DNA of 32,000 nt. Source: Candidatus Saccharimonadota bacterium. Its GTDB lineage: Bacteria > Patescibacteriota > Gracilibacteria > UBA4473. Shown here piece by piece: positions 1 through 8,163 of the stretch (position 1 is the stretch's first letter; each line of letters starts with the position of its first letter). The stretch is taken from assembly GCA_965228485.1 (NCBI GenBank), contig OZ245819.1:1200001-1232000 (forward strand), read 5' to 3'. The notes under the pieces are model-generated. The model was given only the letters and a program-made list of their open reading frames with translations. It was not told where the DNA came from and did not search any database. The translations under genes and the position numbers were made by a program.

Positions 1-222
1 GTGACTAATTTTTGTCTGCCAGTCTTTGGGTACATCGGTATGAAATCTCCAACCTTTTTGGTTTTTACTGCGCTTGAATATAGCATCGGTTTTTATGCTG
101 CGATTTTTGAGTGGCCAGTGAGCTTGGGGGCATGGGCGTTCTAGTATGAAGTCGCCAAATCGTTCGAATCGTCGGAAATCTCCGCAATCAATAAGCTCGT
201 AGTCAAATCCGTTGGTTTTCAT
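1..222 (-). CDS. N-terminal fragment (74 codons) of a class I SAM-dependent methyltransferase-like gene, running off the left edge
   Basis: Not in the ORF track because the window edge truncates it. The reverse complement starts with ATG at 222..220 and reads MKTNGFDYELIDCGDFRRFERFGDFILERPCPQAHWPLKNRSIKTD... with no stop. The YELIDxGxxxRxERFG opening resembles, from memory, the N-termini of RlmI/COG1092-type rRNA methyltransferases. Confidence 0.45.
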   Translation of the reverse strand, partial: MKTNGFDYELIDCGDFRRFERFGDFILERPCPQAHWPLKNRSIKTDAIFKRSKNQKGWRFHTDVPKDWQTKISH

Positions 223-288
223 TTGTTTTTCAAAAACCATATTAGAAAGTTTTTGAAAATTTTCGAGGAGGGTTTATGCTTTTTCGTG

Positions 289-951
289 ATGAAAAAATTA
301 AGTTTACTACTTTTGGTTTTGATTACCTTGTCAGCGTGTCAGAAAAAAGACCCAAATGCTCCAACAAATACGACGATGCTACCGGATAAAGTGGCTCAAG
401 ATTTGCAGGCAGCAGAAACGGTTGTAGAGATTGAAGACCCACAAGAAACTCAGAATAATGGGAATTCGAACTCTGAGACAGCAAATTCGGGGGTTCAGAA
501 TTACAGTAATGAGATGTTTCAGTTTGAGTTTGTAAAACCGACAGGATGGGAGGAATCTATAGATCAACTTGGAACTTTGGTGGCTTATATGGAACCAGTG
601 AAAGAGGGCGATGATTTTCAGGCGAATGTAAATGTGGTAGCTCAGCATTTAACTCAAGAGTTAGAGGTGGTAAGTTTGGATGATCATGTGCAGGCTTCAA
701 TTGCTCAGGTGAAACCATTTTTCGACAGTCTAGAGATTGTTTCAGAGGAGAGTTCAATGTTTGGTGGAGAGGATTCTCGTTTGGTGACATTGCTTGTAGT
801 GAGAGAAGGGGTAGAGCTAAAGTTGACCCAACGAATAGTCTTTCATAATAATATCGTTTATGTTATTACCTACGCGGCAGCGACCACTGAATACGATGAG
901 TATTTTGATAAATTTAAAATTATCGAAAATACATTTCGATTTAAAGGTTAG
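289..951 (+). CDS. Secreted lipoprotein, function unknown
   Basis: The track ORF is 223..951. I prefer the internal ATG at 289, which gives MKKLSLLLLVLITLSAC, a signal peptide with lipobox L-S-A-C. A low-complexity Q/E/N linker and then a globular domain follow. No catalytic motif recognised. Confidence 0.6.
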   Translation: MKKLSLLLLVLITLSACQKKDPNAPTNTTMLPDKVAQDLQAAETVVEIEDPQETQNNGNSNSETANSGVQNYSNEMFQFEFVKPTGWEESIDQLGTLVAYMEPVKEGDDFQANVNVVAQHLTQELEVVSLDDHVQASIAQVKPFFDSLEIVSEESSMFGGEDSRLVTLLVVREGVELKLTQRIVFHNNIVYVITYAAATTEYDEYFDKFKIIENTFRFKG

Positions 952-1100
952 AAAAGTTTGACTTTTCCCTGTTCTGAAGTAGATTTTAGTCGAATTTTGC
1001 CTCAGAATAAATAGATGAGTAATGAGACGGGCGGAAACTTACACTTGTTTTGTATGTTTTTGCTCGGCATTTTTTTATTTTTTTAACCACTTAAAAGTCC

Positions 1101-4100
1101 ATGCCAAAAGTTACGAAAAAACTCAACCTTCCGGCTAAACTAAAGCCAATGAAAACTGAAAACGGTCGGTGTTTTTACACGAGCGAAGTTGGAGATAATT
1201 TTCCATTTCCAAACCTTATTGAAGTTCAGTTGAAATCTTATCAATGGTTTTTACAAGAGGGAATCCAAGAACTCTTGGACGAAATTAATCCTATCGAGGA
1301 TGCGACGGGGAAAAAACTTCGCCTAGAAATTCTTTCTCACGAAGTAGAAGAACCAAAACATGATATTGATTTTTGTAAGCAGAAAGGTCTTACTTACGAA
1401 GCTTCAATTCGTGCTCACGTAGCGCTAACGAATCTAGAAACTGGGGAAATTAAAGAACAAGATGTTTACTTTGGACAAGTTCCACTGATTACTTCTATTG
1501 GGACTTTTATCATCAATGGTATTGAACGGGTGATCGTTTCTCAGATTGTGAGAAGCCCTGGGATTTTCTTTGCGCCTAATACAGCTCTACCAGGAGCTGT
1601 AACGGGAAAAATGATTCCAAAACGAGGAGCTTGGCTAGAAATTGAAAGTGATAAACGAGGTTTGATCTGGGTGAAAGTTGATCGAAAACGAAAAATCCCA
1701 GTGACTATGTTCTTGAGAGCTTTTGGATATGAATCGAATAAAGAGATTCTAGACCTTTTCAAAGATGTGATTGAAAGTGAAACTGAAAATCCAATCCTAA
1801 AAACATTGGAGAAAGATGAGTCAGAAGATGCAAAAGGAGCTTGGCAAGGAGTATATAAACGAATTCGACCAGGAGATTTGGCAACACCTGACAATGCTAA
1901 AGCTTTCTTGGATTCAATGTTTTTTGATTTCAAAAAATATGACCTTGGGCCGATTGCTCGATATAAAATTAATAATCGATTTGGTCTAAAAACCGAAGAT
2001 TCACCAGAAGGGCGAGTTTTCCGAATTGAAGATTTCGTTTCTATGGTAAAAGAAATGATTACTTATGATTCGAATGATGTTTATTATGATGATGATATTG
2101 ATCATCTATCAAACCGACGAATTCGAGGGGTAGGAGAACTCGTACAAAATAAATTCCGTGTAGGACTTTTGCGAACGGAACGAATCGTAAAAGATCGAAT
2201 GACTATCGTTGAGCTTGATAGTGTGACGCCTACACAATTGATTAACTGTCGGCCAATTACAGCAGCCATGCGAGAATTTTTTGCTTCTGGGCAGCTGTCT
2301 CAGTTCATGGATCAAACAAATCCGTTGGCAGCACTAGAGCATAAACGAAGAATTTCTGCTATGGGGCCAGGAGGGCTTAGTCGAGAACGAGCTTCGTTTG
2401 AAGTACGGGATGTACACCCATCTCACTACGGAAGAATTTGTCCGGTAACGACTCCAGAAGGACCGAATATTGGGTTAGTGCTACACTTGGCTTCTTACGC
2501 TCGAGTAAATGATATGGGATTCATTGAAACTCCATACCGAACGGTGGTTCATACTCGAAAAAATGATGGTAAATCTGCCGTTGGATACACAACGTCTATT
2601 GATGTTAAGGACGGTACTAAAGTGGTAGTAAAACAAGGAACCGAAATTACAGAAAAAGAAGCAAAAGCTTTAGCTAAAGTAAAAGACCTTAAGGTTGTAC
2701 CAGTTCGAGCACATGTTACGGATGAAGTGAATTACTACCGAGCTGAAGAAGAACGAAATATGTGTATTGCACAAGCGAATTCTCTTATGGATGAGCAAGG
2801 GCAGTTTGCAAAAGATCATATCGCGGCACGTAAAAACTTCGAACCAGGGACTTACCCTGTGGATGAAATCACTCATGTAGATATTTCTCCAAAACAGATT
2901 GTATCGCTTTCAACTTCACTGATCTCTTTCCTAGAGCATGATGATAATACGCGTGCACTAATGGGGTCAAACATGCAACGACAAGCGGTTCCACTTATCA
3001 AGCCACAGGCTCCAGTAGTGGGAACAGGAATGGAAGCTATTACTTCTGAAGAAGAATGTGTTCGAGCTCCTGAAGATGGAGAAATCAAATCAGCAGATGC
3101 TTCTGAAATTGTCTTTGTTGGAAAATCAGGAAAGAAAGAAACTTATCGATTGAAAGTATTTGAACGAACCAATCAATCAACCTGTATTCATCAACGACCA
3201 CGAGTTAATCGAGGAGATAAAGTAAAACAAGGAGATGTACTTATTGATGGAGCTTCGGTAGAAAACGGAGACATCGCTCTTGGGCAAAACTTGAAAGTTG
3301 CGTACATGTCTTGGGGAGGATACAACTATGAGGATGCGGTGATTGTTTCTGATCGTATCGTACGAGAAGGACTCTTCAACTCTATCCATATTGAAAAATA
3401 CGAGCTAGACGTTCGAGATACAAAACTAGGGTCAGAAGAACTAACTTCTGATATCCCAAATGTAGCCGCAGCTAAACTAAAAGATCTTGATGATAACGGA
3501 ATTGTTCGAATTGGGGCGACGGTTCTAGCGGGAGATATCTTAGCTGGGAAAGTAACGCCAAAAGGAGAAACAGAATTAACGGCTGAAGATAGACTTCTTC
3601 GAGCGATCTTTGGAGAGAAGGCTCATGATGTGAAAGATTCTTCTCTGAGACTTCCAAGAGGTTCTGGGGGGAAAGTAATTAACATTGAAGTTCTAGATCG
3701 AACAGAAGGAGATGATCTTCCAACAGGAGTACTAAAACGAGTAATCGTTGAAGTAGCTCAAATGCGTCATCTAGAAGCTGGGGATAAAATGGCGGGACGT
3801 CATGGGAATAAAGGGGTTATTTCTCAAATTGTTCCTTCTGAAGACATGCCATACATGGAGGATGGTTCGCCAGTAGATATTATTCTTAATCCACTAGGGG
3901 TTTCATCTCGGATGAATATCGGACAGGTATTAGAAACACATATTGGAATGGCCGCTTCTAAGATGGGAATCAAAGTAGCAACGCCAGTACTAAACGGGAT
4001 TAAAATGGATACTATCCAGGATTTTCTTGAAGCCAATGATATGCCAACAGATGGTAAATTCACTCTTTTTGATGGGAAAAGTGGAGAGGCTTTTGATCAT

Positions 4101-4676
4101 AAAGTAGTAGTGGGAACGACCTATATGTTGAAACTAATCCATCTTGTGGAAGATAAAATCCATGCACGTTCGGTTGGGCCTTACTCTCTTGTAACACAAC
4201 AACCTCTTGGAGGGAAAGCTCAGAATGGGGGACAACGTTTCGGAGAGATGGAGGTATGGGCTCTGGAAGCTTACGGAGCGGCTCATACGCTACAAGAAAT
4301 GTTAACTATCAAATCAGATGATGTTCATGGACGAGCGAAAGCTTATGAAGCGATCGTTAAAGATGAAGAAGTAGATCTGATTTCTATTCCAGAATCTTTC
4401 AATGTATTGATGAAAGAGCTTCAATCACTCTGTCTAAAAGTAGAACTTCTAAAAGATGGACAGGTTGAAGATGGAGTTGTGACAGATATGGATGAATTTG
4501 AAGAAACAACTGAAGCAAGTCTTTTGAAACAATCTGAGGATTACGCTGAAGTAGCTGAAACAGCAGAAGCTGAAAACACGTCCGCTATCCAAGTAAAAGA
4601 AGGAGAAGAAACAGATGCTGAAGCAGAAGGTGCCGAATCACCAGCTCCTGAAGCATCAGAAGAAAAAGAAGATTAA
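1101..4676 (+). CDS. rpoB: DNA-directed RNA polymerase subunit beta
   Basis: 1191-aa ORF with hallmark RpoB blocks: QLSQFMDQTNPL, RRISAMGPGGL, the HPSHYGRICPVTTPEGPNIGL region, NMQRQAVP, GRHGNKGV and GGQRFGEMEVWALEAYGAA. It ends in an acidic E/D/A-rich tail of about 90 aa. Confidence 0.98.
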   Translation: MPKVTKKLNLPAKLKPMKTENGRCFYTSEVGDNFPFPNLIEVQLKSYQWFLQEGIQELLDEINPIEDATGKKLRLEILSHEVEEPKHDIDFCKQKGLTYEASIRAHVALTNLETGEIKEQDVYFGQVPLITSIGTFIINGIERVIVSQIVRSPGIFFAPNTALPGAVTGKMIPKRGAWLEIESDKRGLIWVKVDRKRKIPVTMFLRAFGYESNKEILDLFKDVIESETENPILKTLEKDESEDAKGAWQGVYKRIRPGDLATPDNAKAFLDSMFFDFKKYDLGPIARYKINNRFGLKTEDSPEGRVFRIEDFVSMVKEMITYDSNDVYYDDDIDHLSNRRIRGVGELVQNKFRVGLLRTERIVKDRMTIVELDSVTPTQLINCRPITAAMREFFASGQLSQFMDQTNPLAALEHKRRISAMGPGGLSRERASFEVRDVHPSHYGRICPVTTPEGPNIGLVLHLASYARVNDMGFIETPYRTVVHTRKNDGKSAVGYTTSIDVKDGTKVVVKQGTEITEKEAKALAKVKDLKVVPVRAHVTDEVNYYRAEEERNMCIAQANSLMDEQGQFAKDHIAARKNFEPGTYPVDEITHVDISPKQIVSLSTSLISFLEHDDNTRALMGSNMQRQAVPLIKPQAPVVGTGMEAITSEEECVRAPEDGEIKSADASEIVFVGKSGKKETYRLKVFERTNQSTCIHQRPRVNRGDKVKQGDVLIDGASVENGDIALGQNLKVAYMSWGGYNYEDAVIVSDRIVREGLFNSIHIEKYELDVRDTKLGSEELTSDIPNVAAAKLKDLDDNGIVRIGATVLAGDILAGKVTPKGETELTAEDRLLRAIFGEKAHDVKDSSLRLPRGSGGKVINIEVLDRTEGDDLPTGVLKRVIVEVAQMRHLEAGDKMAGRHGNKGVISQIVPSEDMPYMEDGSPVDIILNPLGVSSRMNIGQVLETHIGMAASKMGIKVATPVLNGIKMDTIQDFLEANDMPTDGKFTLFDGKSGEAFDHKVVVGTTYMLKLIHLVEDKIHARSVGPYSLVTQQPLGGKAQNGGQRFGEMEVWALEAYGAAHTLQEMLTIKSDDVHGRAKAYEAIVKDEEVDLISIPESFNVLMKELQSLCLKVELLKDGQVEDGVVTDMDEFEETTEASLLKQSEDYAEVAETAEAENTSAIQVKEGEETDAEAEGAESPAPEASEEKED

Positions 4677-4689
4677 TCAGATAGATAAG

Positions 4690-4712
4690 AAGCGGGATTT
4701 ATTCCCGCTTTT
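4690..4712 (+). terminator. Hairpin plus U-tract just after the rpoB stop (terminator or processing/stability hairpin)
   Basis: AAGCGGGA-tttat-TCCCGCTT forms an 8-bp stem followed by TTAT. The tRNA-Gly 5' end lies only 2 nt further on, so this may attenuate or process rather than fully terminate. Confidence 0.45.
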
Positions 4713-4714
4713 AT

Positions 4715-4789
4715 GCGCGCATCGTATAGTGGCTATTATATTGCCTTGCCAAGGCAGAGACGCGAGTTCGATTCTCGCTGCGCGCTCCA
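4715..4789 (+). tRNA. tRNA-Gly (anticodon GCC), CCA encoded
   Basis: Hand-folded cloverleaf. Acceptor GCGCGCA/TGCGCGC. D-arm contains GG. Anticodon stem TTGCC/GGCAG with loop TTGCCAA. T-arm GCGAG-TTCGATT-CTCGC. Discriminator U, then CCA. Confidence 0.9.
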
Positions 4790-4793
4790 CGAA

Positions 4794-4830
4794 AAATTTC
4801 TTGAGTCTGATAAGACTTGAGAAATTTTTT
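4794..4830 (+). terminator. Rho-independent terminator after tRNA-Gly
   Basis: 14-bp stem AAATTTCTTGAGTC / GACTTGAGAAATTT (two G-U pairs) with loop TGATAA, followed by a T-run. Confidence 0.6.
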
Positions 4831-4845
4831 GTATAGCCCGAAAGG

Positions 4846-4939
4846 GCTGAGGATCGAACGATAAGAGTTCGACGGTAAGCCCAAATTTTTAATTTGAACG
4901 CTTCGTTCTAAACTTTGTTTAGATAAGAAGATTCTCGTT
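4846..4939 (+). repeat. tRNA-trailing module, copy A: three hairpins, then ATAAGAAGAT, then a partial copy of the tRNA-Gly T-arm
   Basis: Collinear identity blocks shared with 18405..18514: GATCGAAC, GTTCG, AAGCCCAAAT, ATTTG, GCTTCGTT, ATAAGAAGAT. Hairpins at 4854..4872, 4882..4896 and 4907..4923. GATTCTCGTT at 4930..4939 matches the tRNA-Gly sequence GATTCTCGCT (4770..4779) at 9/10 positions. Confidence 0.6.
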
Positions 4940-4986
4940 CTTAAGACTCCCTTGCTTATTCTTATAGGTCGTTATAATCCAGTCAG

Positions 4987-5679
4987 ATGGAAAAAATATT
5001 AATCCTTATAACCTTATTATTTCCCTTTATGGGGACGGTTTTGTGGGTTTTATTTAAGGTAATTAGGTTTATCCGATCTCAACATTCTACTCGAAATATT
5101 TTTCAATTAGGGATTGATATGGTTATGTTGCCCTTTAGTTTTTCAAAAATTTTCCTTCAGCGAAGAAAAGAAAAAGAGCTACCACTTTATTTTCAGTACT
5201 TTTTATCGTTTACTCGGTTTTGTAGCCGAATTCCTTATTTTCACTTTTTTCCAAAATTTGTGGTGGCAACGATCGCCGAAGTTTCGGTGCATTTTATTAC
5301 CCATCAACCTTTACTAACGGCTTTGATCTATAGTTGGAGTTTGTTCTTTTTGATCATTATTACCATGGTCGAATCGATGTATGGAGAGTTTGACGAAGAC
5401 GTTATCACTCTGGCTAACAAACTGTTTTTGTACAGCGTCTCGATGATTGTGTTGTTTTGTTTGATGGTCTGGGCTTTCTTCTGGAAAGTGGTTGAACCAA
5501 GTCTAGATAATTGGTTTCTCCAGATGATGTCGAAAGTTGCCGAGTTTTCGAATGAAAAAATGTGGGAGCTGATTGTAGCGTTTTGGGGATGGCCATTATC
5601 GATAAAATTCCTAATTTTACTGGCATTAGGGCTGTATGTTTCTAGTTCTCTCTATCTCTCTAAGAAAGGGATTAAGTAA
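4987..5679 (+). CDS. Polytopic membrane protein, function unknown
   Basis: 230-aa ORF with several long hydrophobic segments (LILITLLFPFMGTVLWVLF, LFFLIIITMV, IVLFCLMVWAFFW, FLILLALGLYV). A perfect TATAAT at 4973..4978 lies 8 nt before the ATG. Confidence 0.55.
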   Translation: MEKILILITLLFPFMGTVLWVLFKVIRFIRSQHSTRNIFQLGIDMVMLPFSFSKIFLQRRKEKELPLYFQYFLSFTRFCSRIPYFHFFPKFVVATIAEVSVHFITHQPLLTALIYSWSLFFLIIITMVESMYGEFDEDVITLANKLFLYSVSMIVLFCLMVWAFFWKVVEPSLDNWFLQMMSKVAEFSNEKMWELIVAFWGWPLSIKFLILLALGLYVSSSLYLSKKGIK

Positions 5680-6091
5680 TTTCTGGATGAAATTTTGGGA
5701 GAGGTTTTCCGTGCGGGCAGGTTTGCGGATTTCCGAGTAAGTCGGCAATTTTTAAAATTACTTTATTTGAACAAGCATGTTCTAGTTGGTGGGCTTCTTG
5801 ATGGACTTCGTTTTCTTTGAATCCTAATGTTTCGATCAGAAATAGTTCAATGATTCGATGTTTATAGGTGAGATTTTCAGCAATTTTTTTCCCTGTTGGA
5901 GTGAGTTCAATTGGTTTGTATTTTTCCTGTATAATCCAGTCCTTATTCTGTAATTCATTGAGTCGTTGACTGACGGTTGATTTTGTTAGTTGGAGTTTGT
6001 CTAAAAGTTCGACGCTTTTAATCGGTCTATCTAATTCTTCTTGTAAGAGATAAATCGCTCTCAGATAGTCTTCCTGGGTTTGTGTAATCAT
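5672..6091 (-). CDS. DtxR/MntR-family metal-dependent transcriptional repressor (no SH3 domain)
   Basis: 139 aa. The opening EDYLRAIYLL, a winged helix (STVSQRLNELQNKDWI), the dimerisation/metal region YKHRIIELFL...HQEAHQLEH and the ending CPHGKPLP are typical of DtxR/IdeR/MntR proteins. Confidence 0.88.
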   Translation of the reverse strand: MITQTQEDYLRAIYLLQEELDRPIKSVELLDKLQLTKSTVSQRLNELQNKDWIIQEKYKPIELTPTGKKIAENLTYKHRIIELFLIETLGFKENEVHQEAHQLEHACSNKVILKIADLLGNPQTCPHGKPLPKFHPEIT

Positions 6092-6099
6092 TTTTCTTT

Positions 6100-6125
6100 A
6101 AAAAGTTTGTATATGCGAACTTTTT
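6100..6125. promoter_or_regulatory. Candidate metalloregulator operator (26-nt near-palindrome) in the divergent promoter region
   Basis: AAAAAGTTtGtATATgCgAACTTTTT: the outer 8 nt and the central ATAT are perfectly symmetric. It lies between the DtxR-like gene and the transporter gene. Confidence 0.4.
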
Positions 6126-6163
6126 TGTTATAGTCCCATCATAGATATTTGTACATTAAAAAG

Positions 6164-7315
6164 ATGAAAGATAAAATTTTTTGGAAAAGTTTGTTTAAGA
6201 AAGATCGTATTTGGAGGTGGGTGCTATTGTTTGTTTTAGTCTCAATCCCTGTATTAGGGGGCGAAGAAACGCGAGAAGTTTTTTTTAGTACTTTGTCGGA
6301 CGCTTATATTCAAGTAACAGTCTTTGTGGCTCTAACGCTCTTTATTTTTTATGGGCTTGAAGCTTTACTAAAGGTGGATACGGAAGCACTGCTAAAGAAA
6401 CACAAAAAATATCAAATTCCAATTTCAGCTATTGTTGGAGCTTTGCCTGGATGTGGTGGAGCTATTATGATTATGACGCAGTATTCAGTTGGACGCCTTG
6501 GTTTTGGATCAGTAGTAGCGGTTCTGACCTCGACTATGGGAGATGCGGCATTTTTATTACTGGCCAAAGAACCAAAAACAGCACTTTTTGTTTTTGTGAT
6601 TTCTCTTACCATAGGGATTTTGTTTGGGTATTTAGTAGAGAAAATTCATGGGTATGATTTTCTTCGTCAAAATGCAAATTCAGGGGCTTATTGTGGAGGA
6701 ATATTTCATTATGAACACTTAAAATTACCTTGGGTTTTGTTATTTATTCCTGGGATTGTACTCGGACTTATGACGGCTTTTCAGATGGATACAGATCTTG
6801 TGGTCGGTATTGATGGATTCACTTTATGGTTTGGAGCTATAGGAGCTATTCTATCAATTTTACTCTGGTTCTTTAATCCTAACAATGGTCCGAGTGTTAC
6901 GAATCGATTTGAAGAACCATCACATGATTCAGTTTGGGATAAAACTACGGCTGATACTTGTTTTATAACCTTATGGGTAGTGATTGCTTTTTTACTTTTC
7001 GAACTGGGGATTCACTGGACGGCTTTTGATCTCAAGGGAATATTTGATACGGTGAAACCGTTAGTTCCACTAATGGCGGTAGTCATTGGTTTTTTACCAG
7101 GATGTGGGCCGCAAGTATTGGTTACGACCTTGTATTTGCAGGGGTATATTCCGTTATCAGCCCAGTTGGGGAATGCTATTAGTAACGATGGTGATGCTCT
7201 GTTTCCTGCACTGGCGGTTTCTCCAAAAGCGTCTTTTGTAGCGACGATTTATACCGCTATTCCAGCGCTTATTGTGGCGTATTTATATTTCTTTTTGATG
7301 GAAGGAGGATTCTAA
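6164..7315 (+). CDS. 10-TM putative metal (Mn/heavy-metal) transporter, ArsP_2-like
   Basis: The track ORF starts at TTG 6149; the first ATG is at 6164. It shows an internal two-fold repeat, each half carrying LPGCG(G/P) followed by a GD/NDGDA motif (ALPGCGGAIMIM...TMGDAAFLLL and FLPGCGPQVLV...ISNDGDALFP). From memory this matches the family annotated as putative manganese transporter / ArsP_2. It is transcribed divergently from the DtxR-like repressor. Confidence 0.65.
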   Translation: MKDKIFWKSLFKKDRIWRWVLLFVLVSIPVLGGEETREVFFSTLSDAYIQVTVFVALTLFIFYGLEALLKVDTEALLKKHKKYQIPISAIVGALPGCGGAIMIMTQYSVGRLGFGSVVAVLTSTMGDAAFLLLAKEPKTALFVFVISLTIGILFGYLVEKIHGYDFLRQNANSGAYCGGIFHYEHLKLPWVLLFIPGIVLGLMTAFQMDTDLVVGIDGFTLWFGAIGAILSILLWFFNPNNGPSVTNRFEEPSHDSVWDKTTADTCFITLWVVIAFLLFELGIHWTAFDLKGIFDTVKPLVPLMAVVIGFLPGCGPQVLVTTLYLQGYIPLSAQLGNAISNDGDALFPALAVSPKASFVATIYTAIPALIVAYLYFFLMEGGF

Positions 7316-7371
7316 TGCTTGACCTGAAAAATAAAGGAGGGTAGCATCGAAGTTGATTAATTTTTATTATC

Positions 7372-8163
7372 ATGCCACCTAAAAAAAATAAAAACACAGC
7401 CTCTCACACAAATTCAGAAGCTTCATCAGTCGCACTATTAGTGTCGGCGATAAGTTTTTTTGGACTTTTTCTCTGCACGATTTTTGGTCTAAATTTTTTG
7501 TATCAAGATTTGGCGGAGGTTACAGAACCTGTAGCGACGATTTCGACACAGTCAGTTGGAGAAGTCTATGCGGTTCCTGACCAGGTTCGAGTGAATATTG
7601 GTGTAATGGAAGCGGATATAGATATTAAAACGGCACAGAAAAAAGCTCAGGACAAAATTGATGAACTTAACAAAGCTTTAAGAAAACTAGGGATTGATGA
7701 AAGTCATATCAAAACACAGTACTTTTCGGTAAATTCGAATTATGACTGGTCTGTTCAGCCACGAGTTTTGACGGGATATACAGCAAACCATACTTTGGGA
7801 GTAACGGTTAATAACGTTGATATTGTTGATAAGGTGATTGAGATTATCATTAGCGAAGTTGGTGTTGATGTTCAGAATGTACAGTTTGTACTGAAAGATG
7901 AGACCAAGAAATCGGTGCTTCTTCAGGCTCGTGATAAAGCATTGGCTAGAGCTGAAAATCAGGCATTAGATATCGCTGGTCAGCAAGGTAAAAACCTTAA
8001 AGAGTTAATCAGCGTAAAAGTCTTTGAAGACACTAATGCTGTAAGTTACTATGACGAAGTTAATTATGGTCGTGGTGGGGGAGGTGGTTATGGAGGACAT
8101 GTATTCCAGTTTGGGCAGATAAAAGTTTCACAAACAGCTTTCACTGAGTACATTGTTGAGTGA
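7372..8163 (+). CDS. SIMPL-domain (DUF541) protein with N-terminal membrane anchor
   Basis: 263 aa. One TM segment, then SIMPL-like blocks (VRVNIGVME...AQ, IKTQYFSVNSNYDW, GYTANHTLGVTV, ARDKALARAENQALDIA). Gly-rich GRGGGGGYGG near the C-terminus. Confidence 0.8.
   Translation: MPPKKNKNTASHTNSEASSVALLVSAISFFGLFLCTIFGLNFLYQDLAEVTEPVATISTQSVGEVYAVPDQVRVNIGVMEADIDIKTAQKKAQDKIDELNKALRKLGIDESHIKTQYFSVNSNYDWSVQPRVLTGYTANHTLGVTVNNVDIVDKVIEIIISEVGVDVQNVQFVLKDETKKSVLLQARDKALARAENQALDIAGQQGKNLKELISVKVFEDTNAVSYYDEVNYGRGGGGGYGGHVFQFGQIKVSQTAFTEYIVE

Noticed and set aside
379-4063. Many 60 to 130-aa antisense or out-of-frame ORFs inside the lipoprotein gene and rpoB (for example 1541..1933, 2109..2315, 3824..4063)
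   Set aside because: They are fully embedded in strongly supported genes and have low-complexity or odd composition with no motifs. They are typical shadow ORFs of AT-rich DNA.
4615-4836. 73-aa plus-strand ORF spanning the rpoB 3' end, tRNA-Gly and its terminator
   Set aside because: It reads straight through a well-folded tRNA gene and two hairpins. It is an artefact of the open frame.
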